A stretch of 64,000 nt of DNA from Zygnema circumcarinatum SAG 698-1b. Its lineage: Eukaryota > Plantae > Zygnematophyceae. Position numbers and translations under genes: made by a program. The notes under the pieces are model-generated. The model made no database searches, was not told the origin of the DNA, and saw only the letters and a program-made list of their open reading frames with translations. The stretch's first letter is position 1. Each line of letters opens with the position of its first letter. Shown here piece by piece: positions 35,901 through 47,109 of this stretch. The stretch covers positions 1,426,001 through 1,490,000 of the forward strand of contig CM074811.1 of the NCBI GenBank assembly GCA_037447605.1, written 5' to 3'.

Positions 35901-38900
35901 CTGGCGCTGGCTCTGGTTGTGGCTGTGGCTCTGCCTCTGTCTCTGTCTCTGGCGCTGGCTCTGGCTGTGGCTCTGCCTCTGTCTCTGGGTGCTGGCTCTG
36001 GTTGTGGTTGTGTCTCTGTCTCTGTCTCTGTCTGGCGCTGGCTCTGGTTGTGGTTGTGGCTCTGTCTCTGTCTCTGGCGCTGGCTCTGGTTGTGGTTGTG
36101 GCTCTGTCTCTGTCTCTGGCGCTGGCTCTGGTTGTGGCTGTGTCTCTGCCTCTGTCTCTGTCTCTGGCGCTGGCTCTGGTTGTGGTTGTGGCTCTGTCTC
36201 TGTCTCTGGCGCTGGCTCTGGTTGTGGCTGTGTCTCTGCCTCTGTCTCTGTCTCTGGCGCTGGCTCTGGTTGTGGTTGTGGCTCTGTCTCTGTCTCTGGC
36301 GCTGGCTCTGGTTGTGGCTGTGTGCTCTGCGCTGGGCTCTGGCTGTGGTTGTGGTTGTGGCTCTGTCTCTGTCTCTGGCGCTTGCTCTGGTTGTGGCTGT
36401 GTCTCTGCCTCTGTCTCTGTCTCTGGCGCTGGCTCTGGTTGTGGCTGTGTCTCTGCCTCTGCCTCTGTCTCTGGCGCTGGCTCTGGTTGTGGTTGTGGCT
36501 CTGTCTCTGTCTCTGGCGCTGGCTCTGGTTGTGGCTGTGTCTCTGCCTCTGCCTCTGTCTCTGGCGCTGGCTCTGGTTGTGGTTGTGGCTCTGTCTCTGT
36601 CTCTGTCTGGTTGTGGCTGTGGCTGTGCCTCTGCCTCTGTCTCCTGGCGCTGGCTCTGGTTGTGGCTGTGGCTGTGCCTCTGCCTCTGTCTCTGTCTCTG
36701 GCGCTGGCTCTGGTTGTGGCTGTGTCTCTGCCTCTGCCTCTCTGTCTCTGGCTGGCTCTGGTTGTGGTTGTGGCTCTCTCTCTGCCTCTGGCGCTGGCTC
36801 TGGCTGTGGTTGTGGCTCTGTCTCTGTCTCTGGCGCTGGCTCTGGTTGTGGTTGTGGCTCTGTCTCTGTCTCTGTCTCTGGCGCTGGCTCTGGTTGTGGC
36901 TGTGTCTCTGCCTCTGCCTCTGTCTCTGGCGCTGGCTCTGGTTGTGGCTGTGGCTCTGTCTCTGTCTCTGGCGCTTGCTCTGGTTGTGGCTGTGTCTCTG
37001 CCTCTGTCTCTGTCTCTGGCGCTGGCTCTGGTTGTGGCTGTGGCTCTGTCTCTGTCTCTGGCGCTGGCTCTGGTTGTGGTTGTGGCTCTGTCTCTGTCTC
37101 TGGCGCTGGCTCTGGTTGTGGCTGTGGCTCTGTCTCTGTCTCTGGCGCTGGCTCTGGTTGTGGTTCTGCCTCTGTCTCTGTCTCTGGCGCTGGCTCTGGT
37201 TGTGGCTGTGTCTCTGCCTCTGCCTCTGTCTCTGGCGCTGGCTCTGGTTGTGGTTGTGGCTCTGTCTCTGTCTCTGGCGCTGGCTCTGGTTGTGGCTGTG
37301 TCTCTGCCTCTGCCTCTGTCTCTGGCGCTGGCTCTGGTTGTGGTTGTGGCTCTGTCTCTGTCTCTGGCGCTTGCTCTGGTTGTGGCTGTGTCTCTGCCTC
37401 TGTCTCTCTGTCTCTGGCGCTGGCTCTGGTTGTGGTTGTGGGTTGTGGTTGTGGCTCTGTTCTCTCTGTCTCTGGCGCTGGCTCTGGTTGTGGCTGTGTC
37501 TCTGCCTCTGCCTCTGTCTCTGGCGCTGGCTCTGGTTGTGGTTGTGGCTCTGTCTCTGTCTCTGGCGCTGGCTCTGGTTGTGGCTGTGTCTCTGCCTCTG
37601 TCTCTGTCTCTGGCGCTGGCTCTGGTTGTGGTTGTGGCTCTGTCTCTGTCTCTGTCTCTGTCTCTGGCGCTGGCTCTGGTTGTGGTTGTGGCTCTGTCTC
37701 TGTCTCTGGCGCTGGCTCTGGTTGTGGCTGTGGCTCTGTCTCTGTCTGTGGCTCTGTCTGTCTGTCTCTGGCTCTGGCTCTGGTTGTGGCTGTGTCTCTG
37801 CCTCTGTCTCTGTCTCTGGCGCTGGCTCTGGTTGTGGCTGTGGCTCTGTCTCTGTCTCTGGCGCTGGCTCTGGTTGTGGTTGTGGCTCTGTCTCTGTCTC
37901 TGGCTCTGGCTCTGTCTCTGTCTCTGTCTGGCGCTGGCTCTGGTTGTGGCTGTGTCTCTGCCTCTGTCTCTGTCTCTGGCGCTGGCTCTGGTTGTGGCTG
38001 TGGCTCTGTCTCTGTCTCTGGCGCTGGCTCTGGTTGTGGTTGTGGCTCTGTCTCTGTCTCTGGCGCTGGCTCTGGTTGTGGCTGTGGCTCTGTCTCTGTC
38101 TCTGGCGCTGGCTCTGGTAGTGGCTGTGTCTCTGCCTCTGCCTCTGTCTCTGGCGCTGGCTCTGGTTGTGGTTGTGGCTCTGTCTCTGTCTCTGGCGCTG
38201 GCTCTGGTTGTGGCTGTGTCTCTGCCTCTGTCTCTGTCTCTGGCGCTGGCTCTGGTTGTGGTTGTGGCTCTGTCTCTGTCTCTGGCGCTGGCTCTGGTTG
38301 TGGCTGTGTCTCTGCCTCTGTCTCTGTCTCTGGCGCTGGCTCTGGTTGTGGTTGTGGCTCTGTCTCTGTCTCTGGCGCTGGCTCTGGTTGTGGCTGTGTC
38401 TCTGCCTCTGTCTCTGTCTCTGGCGCTGGCTCTGGTTGTGGTTCTGGCTCTGTCTCTGTCTCTGGCGCTGGCTGTGGTTCTGGCTGTGTCTCTGCCTCTG
38501 TCTCTGGCTCTGGCTCTGGTTGTGGTTGTGGCTCTGTCTCTGTCTCTGGCGCTGGCTCTGGTTGTGGCTGTGTCTCTGCTCTGTCTCTGTCTCTGGCGCT
38601 GGCTCTGGTTGTGGTTGTGGCTCTGTCTCTGTCTCTGGCGCTTGCTCTGGTTGTGGCTGTGTCTCTGCCTCTGTCTCTGTCTCTGGCGCTGGCTCTGGTT
38701 GTGGCTTGTGGCTCTGTCTCTGGTTGTGGTTGTGGCTCTGTCTCTGTCTCTGGCGCTGGCTCTGGTTGTGGCTGTGTCTCTGCCTCTGCCTCTGTCTCTG
38801 GCGCTGGCTCTGGTTGTGGCTGTGTCTCTGCCTCTGTCTCTGTCTCTGGCGCTGGCTCTGGTTGTGGTTGTGGCTCTGTCTCTGTCTCTGGCGCTTGCTC

Positions 38901-41900
38901 TGGTTGTGGCTGTGTCTCTGCCTCTGTCTCTGTCTCTGGCGCTGGCTCTGGTTGTGGCTGTGTCTCTGCCTCTGTCTCTGTCTCTGGCGCTGGCTCTGGT
39001 TGTGGTTGTGGCTCTGTCTCTGTCTCTGTCTCTGGCGCTTGCTCTGGTTGTGGCTGTGTCTCTGCCTCTGCCTCTGTCTCTGGCGCTGGCTCTGGTTGTG
39101 GCTGTGTCTCTGCCTCTGCCTCTGTCTCTGGCGCTGGCTCTGGTTGTGGCTGTGGCTCTGTCTCTGTCTCTGGCGCTGGCTCTGGTTGTGGTTGTGGCTC
39201 TGTCTCTGTCTCTGGCGCTGGCTCTGGTTGTGGCTGTGGCTCTGTCTCTGTCTCTGGCGCTGGCTCTGGTTGTGGTTGTGGCTCTGTCTCTGTCTCTGTC
39301 GCTGGCGCTGGCTCTGGTTGTGGCTCTGTCTCTGTGTCTCTGTCTCTGGCGCTGGCTCTGGTTGTGGCTGTGTCTCTGCCTCTGTCTCTGGCTGGCTCTG
39401 GTTGTGGCTGTGGCTCTGGTCTGCCTCTGTCTCTGGCGCTGGCTCTGGTTGTGGTTGTGGCTCTGTCTCTGTCTCTGGCGCTGGCTCTGGTTGTGGCTGT
39501 GTCTCTGCCTCTGCCTCTGTCTCTGGCGCTGGCTGTGGCTGTGCCTCTGCCTCTGTCTCTGGCGCTGGCTCTGGTTGTGGCTGTGTCTCTGCCTCTGTCT
39601 CTGTCTCTGGCGCTGGCTCTGGTTGTGGCTGTGTCTCTGCCTCTGTCTCTGTCTCTGGCGCTGGCTCTGGTTGTGGTTGTGGCTCTGTCTCTGTCTCTGG
39701 CGCTGGCTCTGGTTGTGGCTGTGTCTCTGCCTCTGCCTCTGTCTCTGGCGCTGGCTCTGGTTGTGGTTGTGGCTCTGTCTCTGTCTCTGGCGCTGGCTCT
39801 GGTTGTGGTGTGTGGCTCTGGCGCTGGCTATGGTTGTGGTTGTGGCTCTGTATCTGTCTGTGGAGCTGGCTCTGGTTGTGGCTGTGTCTCTGCCTCTACC
39901 TCTGTCTCTAGCGCTGGCTCTGGTTGTAGTTTGTGGCTCTGTCTCTCTGTCTCTGGCGCTGGCTCTGGTTGTGGCTGTGTCTCTGCCTCTGTCTGGCGCT
40001 GGCTCTGGTTGTGGTTCTGCCTCTGTCTCTCTCTGTCTCTGGCGCTGGCTCTGGTTGTGGCTGTGTCTCTGCACCTCTGCCTCTGTCTCTGGCGCTGGCT
40101 CTGGTTGTGTTTGTGGCTCTGCCTCTGTCTCTGGCGCTGGCTCTGGTTGTGGCTGTGTCTCTGCCTCTGCCTCTGTCTCTGGCGCTGGCTCTGGTTGTGG
40201 TTGTGGCTCTGTCTCTGTCTCTGGCGCTGGCTCTGGTTGTGGCTGTGTCTCTGCCTCTGTCTCTGTCTCTGGCGCTGGCTCTGGTTGTGGCTGTGTCTCT
40301 GCCTCTGTCTCTGTCTCTGGCGCTGGCTCTGGTTGTGGTTGTGGCTCTGTGTCTCTGGCTCTGGCGCTGGCTCTGGTTGTGGCTGTGGCTCTGCCTCTGT
40401 CTCTGTCTGGCTCTGGTTCTGGTTGTGGCTCTGCCTCTGTCTCTGTCTCTGGCGCTGGCTCTGGTTGTGGCTGTGTCTCTGCCTCTGTCTCTGTCTCTGG
40501 CGCTGGCTGGTTGTGGTTGTGGCTCTGTCTCTGTCTCTGGCGCTGGCTCTGGTTGTGGCTGTGTCTCTGCCTCTGCCTCTGTCTCTGGCGCTGGCTCTGG
40601 TTGTGGTTGTGGCTCTGTCTCTGTCTCTGGCGCTGGCTCTGGTTGTGGCTGTGTCTCTGCCTCTGTCTCTGTCTCTGGCGCTGGCTCTGGTTGTGGTTGT
40701 GGCTCTGTCTCTGTCTCTGGCGCTGGCTCTGGTTGTGGCTGTGTCTCTGCCTCTGCTCTGTCTCTGGCGCTGGCTCTGGTTGCTCTGTCTCTGTCTCTGG
40801 CGCTGGCTCTGGTTGTGGCTGTGTCTCTGCCTCTGCCTCTGTCTCTGGCGCTGGCTCTGGTTGTGGTTGTGGCTCTGTCTCTGTCTCTGGCGCTGGCTCT
40901 GGTTGTGGCTGTGGCTCTGTCTCTGTCTCTGGCGCTGGCTCTGGTTGTGGTTGTGGCTCTGTCTCTGTCTCTGGCGCTGGCTCTGGTTGTGGCTGTGTCT
41001 CTGCCTCTGTCTCTGTCTCTGGCGCTGGCTCTGGTTGTGGTTGTGGCTCTGTCTCTGTCTCTGGCGCTGGCTCTGGTTGTGGCTGTGTCTCTGCCTCTGT
41101 CTCTGTCTCTGGCGCTGGCTCTGGTTGTGGCTGTGGCTCTGTCTCTGGTTGTGGTTGTGGCTGTGGTCTCTGGCTGGCTCTGGTTGTGGCTGTGTCTCTC
41201 TGCCTCTGTCTCTGTCTCTGGCGCTGGCTCTGGTTGTGGCTGTGGCTCTGTCTCTGTCTCTGGCGCTGGCTCTGGTTGTGGTTGTGGCTCTGTCTCTGTC
41301 TCTGGCGCTGGCTCTGGTTGTGGTTGTGGCTGTGGCTCTGTCTCTGGCGCTGGCTCTGGTTGTGGCTGTGTGTCTCTGCCTCTGTCTCTCTGTCTCTGGC
41401 GCTGGCTCTGGTTGTGGCTGTGTCTCTGCCTCTGTCTCTGTCTCTGGCGCTGGCTCTGGTTGTGGGTGTGGCTCTGTCTCTGTCTCTGGCGCTGGCTCTG
41501 GTTGTGGTTGTGTGGCTCTGTCTCTCTGTCTCTGGCGCTTTGGCTCTGGTTGTGTGGCTGTGTCTCTGTCTCTGCCTCTGTCTCTGTCTCTGGCGCTGGC
41601 TCTGGTTGTGGTTGTGGCTCTGTCTCTGTCTCTGGCGCTGGCTCTGGTTGTGGCTGTGTCTCTGCCTCTGTCTCTGTCTCTGGCGCTGGCTCTGGTTGTG
41701 GTTGTGGCTCTGTCTCTGTCTCTGGCGCTGGCTCTGGTTGTGGCTGTGTCTCTGCCTCTGTCTCTGTCTCTGGCGCTGGCTCTGGTTGTGGTTGTGGCTC
41801 TGCCTCTGTCTCTGGCGCTGGCTCTGGTTGTGGCTGTGTCTCTGCCTCTGTCTCTGTCTCTGGCGCTGGCTCTGGTTGTGGTTGTGGCTCTGTCTCTGTC

Positions 41901-43971
41901 TCTGGCGCTGGCTCTGGTTGTGGCTGTGTCTCTGCCTCTGCCTCTGTCTCTGGCGCTGGCTCTGGATGTGGTTGTGGCTCTGTCTCTGCCTCTGTCTCTG
42001 GCCTCTGTCTGTGGTCTCTGTCTCTGTCTCTGGCGCTGGCTCTGGTTGTGGCTGTGTCTCTGCCTCTGCCTCTGTCTCTGGCGCTGGCTCTGGTTGTGGT
42101 TGTGGCTCTGTCTCTGTCTCTGGCGCTGGCTCTGGTTGTGGCTGTGTCTCTGCCTCTGCTCTGTCTCTGGCGCTGGCTCTGGTTGTGGTTGTGGCTCTGT
42201 CTCTGTCTCTGGCGCTGGCTCTGGTTGTGGCTGTGCCTCTGTCTCTGTCTCTGGCGCTGGCTCTGGTTGTGGTTGTGGCTCTGTCTCTGTCTCTGGCGCT
42301 GGCTCTGGTTGTGGTTGTGGCTGTGGCTCTGCCTCTGTCTCTGTCTCTGGCGCTGGCTCTGGTTGTGGCTGTGTCTCTGCCTCTGCCTCTGTCTCTGGCG
42401 CTGGCTCTGGTTGTGGTTGTGGCTCTGTCTCTGTCTCTGGCGCTGGCTCTGGTTGTGGCTGTGTCTCTGCCTCTGCCTCTGTCTCTGGCTGTGTCTCTGC
42501 CTCTGTCTCTGTCTCTGGCGCTGGCTCTGGTTGTGGTTGTGTCTCTGCCTCTGTCTCTGGCGCTGGCTCTGGTTGTGGCTGTGTCTCTGCCTCTGTCTCT
42601 GTCTCTGGCGCTGGCTCTGGTTGTGGCTGTGTCTCTCTGCTCTGTCTCTGTCTCTGTCTCTGGCGCTGGCTCTGGTTGTGGGTGTGGGCTCTGTCTCTGT
42701 CTCTGGCGCTGGCTCTGGTTGTGGCTGTGTCTCTGCCTCTGCCTCTGTCTCTGGCGCTGGCTCTGGTTGTGGCTGTGTCTCTGCCTCTGCCTCTGTCTCT
42801 GTCTCTGGTTGTGGCTGTGTCTCTGCCTCTGTCTCTGTCTCTGGCGCTGGCTCTGGTTGTGGCTGTGTCTCTGCCTCTGCCTCTGTCTCTGGCGCTGGCT
42901 CTGGTTGTGGTTGTGGCTCTGTCTCTGTCTCTAGCGCTGGCTCTGGTTGTGGCTGTGTCTCTGCCTCTGCCTCTGTCTCTGTCTCTGCGCTGGCTCTGGT
43001 TGTGGCTCTGTCTCTGCCTCTGCCTCTGTCTCTGTCTCTGGCGCTGGCTCTGGTTGTGGCTGTGGCTCTGTCTCTGTCTCTGTCTCTAGCGCTGGCTCTG
43101 GTTGTGGCTGTGTCTCTCTGCCTCTGTCTCTGGCGCTGGCTCTGGTTGTGGTTGTGGCTCTGTCTCTGTCTCTGTCTCTGTCTCTGGCGCTGGCTCTGGT
43201 TGTGGCTGTGGGCTCTGTCTCTGTCTCTGGCGCTGGCTCTGGTTGTGGCTGTGGCTCTGTCTCTGTCTCTCTGTCTCTGGCGCTGGCTCTGGTTGTGGTT
43301 CTGGTCTCTGTGCTGGCTCTGGTGTGGCTGTGCCTCTGCCTCTGTCTCTGGCGCTGGCTCTGGTTGTGGTTGTGGCTCTGCCTCTGTCTCTGTCTCTGGC
43401 GCTGGCTCTGGTTGTGGTTGTGGCTGTGTCTCTGCCTCTGTCTCTGTCTCTGGCGCTGGCTCTGGTTGTGGTTGTGGCTCTGCCTCTGCCTCTGTCTCTC
43501 TGGCGCTGGCTCTGGTTGTGGTTGTGGTTCTGTCTCTGTCTCTGTCTCTGTCTCTAGCGCTGGCTCTGGTTGTGGCTGTCTCTGCCTCTGCCTCTGTCTC
43601 TCTGTCTCTGTCTCTGTGGCGCTGGCTCTGGATTTGTGGTTGTGGCTCTCTGTCTCTGTCTCTCTGGCGCTGGCTCTGTGGTTGTGGCTGTGTCTCTGCC
43701 TCTGCCTCTGTCTCTGTCTGGCGCTGGCTCTGGATGTGGTTGTGGCTCTGTCTCTGTCTCTGGCGCTTGCTCTGGTTGTGGCTGTGTCTCTGCCTCTGCC
43801 ACTGTCTCTGGCGCTGGCTCTGGTTGTGGTTGTGGCTCTGTCTCTGTCTCTGGCGCTGGCTCTGGTTGTGGCTGTGTCTCTGCCTCTGTCTCTGTCTCTG
43901 GCGCTGGCTCTGGTTGTGGCTGTGGCTCTGTCTCTGTCTCTGGCGCTGGCTCTGGTTGTGGCTGTGGCTCT
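32955..43971. repeat. About 11-kb satellite built from related hexamers (CTCTGT/CTCTGC/CTCTGG/CGCTGG/TTGTGG/CTGTGG) in mainly 42- and 48-bp units
   Basis: Units gtctctggcgctggctctggttgtggttgtggctctgtctct and gtctctggcgctggctctggttgtggctgtgtctctgcctctgtctct. A is almost absent from the + strand. Confidence 0.97.
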
Positions 43972-44277
43972 TCGCCTGGAGATGGGGTGGGGCTGAAGGG
44001 GGGGAGGGAGGGCACATGCTGGGCATGGCAGTCGTGCAGTTTCTCGCCCTGTGCTTGCACGCCTCTCAGAGAGGAAGCAGTTCCATACAGCAAGGGAGCA
44101 GCGATTGAGGGGATTCAAAGGACGGTGTTGACACCCTCTATAAGTTTTAGCTTCACGAATAACGGGACTGAAAACGCAGACAAGAAGAACCCGAAATTGA
44201 AATGTTTTATTGTTAAATTTGCACTTCATAAGTAAGAATGAAGTCGGAATGAAGAATATTGAATGTTTGCGGGAGGA

Positions 44278-45844
44278 TTACAAGTTTGAAGAACCCCCCA
44301 GTGACTGCACGATCAAAGCCTTCACGCTCTCTGCTTCTTTATGTTGAATTTTGGGTCCGCTCTTACTGTACTTCACAAGACCTGCACACATTCACAGGAC
44401 AGATATGGGAGACCAGGCAACAGGGTTATTCTCTACGATAATATCTGCCTTATTCTGACAGTATTTCGCAAATATGTGTTCTGGTCAAGATGACAAATGA
44501 GGAGCTTCATAGACAGCGCTGTGAATGGAAACTTCAGGTGAAGTTGAAAAGCAGAAGCAACACAGAGCAAGCAGGCTAGCGAGAGAAAAAGACAGCTATG
44601 TTTCAGTGGAATCAAACGCATAAAAACTTTAAGAACCTCGCATCTATGTTCACAGGATCGTACCATCTCCATCAAATCTTGGAATGACGTGGAAGTGGAC
44701 ATGATACACAACTTGCCCTGCTGGCGCTCCATTATTCTGCCACAGGAAAAAAAAAAGGTCTAGTTATATTGCAGAACAGCATCTGCCGATTGACATTCAA
44801 AACACATTAAAAATTCTTCACGAATCTGTCCTTGCCCTCCTATTCACATTTACCCACTTCAAGACTCCCATGCTGAAACTATAGGACACGCTGACACTGG
44901 ACCTGAAACAGTGCAAGTGAAAATAATGCAGGCAGTGGGGAAGTAGTAGTAATAATAATAGTAATAATAATAATAATAATACTAGTAGTAGTTGTGATTT
45001 CCCTACTTGCACAACGTTAATTCCTTCAGCCCCCGTTATCATCTGCACAGCTTGGACCAGCTGCGGCAGCAGTTTGAACACCTCTGCGGCTTCGTTGGCA
45101 GGAATGTCACCCATGAAAGGATAGTACTGATTGAGTTAAGGCATCTGCCAGAGACAATCATCGACAGGAGTCCGCAAGCATTTTCCAGAGCCTCACAATC
45201 AAGGCAATGCAAGCCTCATTCACAGCTTTAAGTTTGGTCATATGAATCTTCAACCAGCTGGAAACAATGCAAATTCGCAGGGCATTTCAACTTCGCGACA
45301 GTTACCTGGAATATTTTTTTTGGAAAGGAAAGTGATCCACTTGTAGGATACAAGACAATAGTTTCTCCAAGGGGACTTAATTCAGTGGACCACGCTGATG
45401 TAAGAGTTTCAAGTCCCTCTCTCCGGAAAGGATATGTGTTTCTTGGGAATAAGGAGGCAATGGCCAAGAGCCATCGGATAGAGATCCAGGAACGCGAGAG
45501 CATGCTCTGTCTCCAGCACCTTGTAAGATGGGATTGTACCTTCCCTGATCTGCATATGCGCGGCAACACACTTCACTTCTACGGTCCTCCAGACAATTCA
45601 AAACTTTTGGATCCAGTCCATACTTGTGCACACTTCACATTGTGAGGCTGTTACAAAGGTGCTTATGAGAGACATTATACTTAAGCCCAAAAACTAGGTG
45701 GCGGTGGCTATCATCACTGGTGCTGAGTTGTGAGCTATGTCGACTATACTAGTATTTTGGCAAGGAGACAGGCTGTTTCCTCACCTTGCAGAAGATGCAA
45801 GCATCAGGTCCATGTCCAGCAACAAGTCCCTTAGTTTCCGCCAT
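44278..45844 (-). CDS. Histidine triad (HIT) family nucleotide hydrolase, HINT-like
   Basis: [65 protein letters not shown]|[21 protein letters not shown] (HxHxH motif, ~44670-44735), last exon LVKYSKSGP...SSNL*. Confidence 0.9.
44938..44995. repeat. (TAG/TAA)n trinucleotide repeat in a HIT intron
   Basis: agtagtagtaataataatagtaataataataataataatactagtagtag. Confidence 0.85.
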
Positions 45845-47109
45845 CTTAGTAGCTGAGCACGAAACCGAAGAGCGGGAGTGTGGACTATTTCTGCTCTGTG
45901 CACGCTTGTTCTACATATTGATAAACAGATATGAACATTAGAAGTTCTCGAAATAGGTACAAACGCTCACAAGTTCCAATGATTAGTGGTGCTTACGTAC
46001 GAAAAGATACAAAACAAGGAACCATTGAACCATTACTTATTGTTTTTGTGAAAACATTCGTATTGCAGCCCCTCTGGATATGGCAGGGCCTCATGCAATA
46101 TGTTTTTGTTTATGTTGCAATATGTTTCTCATTCAATTAGGCGAACATGCTCATAATGCACTCTACTTCTACACGATAACACATTTCTCGACTCAATGCA
46201 CTTTCTGTCAGAATCGAGTTCTTCAAAGTTGAACATGCCAACGAAGGAAAAGGGAAATGCTTAGCCAGTGATTTCATCGAGCATTTTTTTCTTTTGCAAG
46301 AAGCTTGCAGTTTTGACTCAAGTAAATTTGTAGTGGCATCTTAAAGCTTCGCTTTATTAGCGGTTCGATGAAGCAAGCGTGAGCTGTTGCTTGCTTCACA
46401 AGTTGCTGCTGAGCAATCAGAACTCAATTGTGCAACTATTTTTACACCCACCCCCCCGCCCCCCCCTCCCCTTTTTTTTTTTTGGACGTGGAGCTCATAC
46501 TGGTTTATAGGTGAACCCTAAGGCTCGCTACCTGCGATGCGAAGGTCACCATTTTAAAACTGAGAATTCTCTGAAGAAAGCCGGGCACTGACACATTCCT
46601 CCAACTCTCATATTCTCTCCATCTCAAAGCGCTTACCTGCCAGACTAGACGAGAAGCTGAGGCCTCACGAAGAGCAGCAGGACCTGGTGTCGAGCGTGAT
46701 GCCTAGGTTGTGATAAAGCTCCGAAGTGGCGGAGCGATAGCCGCTGTAGCATGAGCAATGGCGACCATGCTCACGCCTCACATCGATGGCAACTTCAAAA
46801 TTCCGAGTTCGAACATAGACACGTACTGGACAGTACAACTCTGCGGAGGCTGCAACTTCACCGGACCCTGTGCAGCTCGCTCATCAGATGTGGCGGCAGC
46901 CATCGTGTCAAAATAGAATGCTACCCGTGCGAAGGAACTAATTGCAAAAGTTTGCATTCCGCATACACTTTCAGTACCAGTACAGTTATGTCATCTCGGA
47001 GACCTGAGGCACGGGATCTTGCTCTCTGCATGCCGTGAAAGGATTAGCATCGATGTGCTACTGAGGATTCTGCTGCTGCAGTAGGGTCACTTGCCAGCTG
47101 GCTGAAGCA

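Noticed and set aside
32689-44235. Multi-thousand-residue ORFs in several frames across the satellite
   Set aside because: They arise because the + strand lacks A and the - strand lacks T, so stop codons cannot form. The translations switch repeat register repeatedly, so they are not annotated as CDS.
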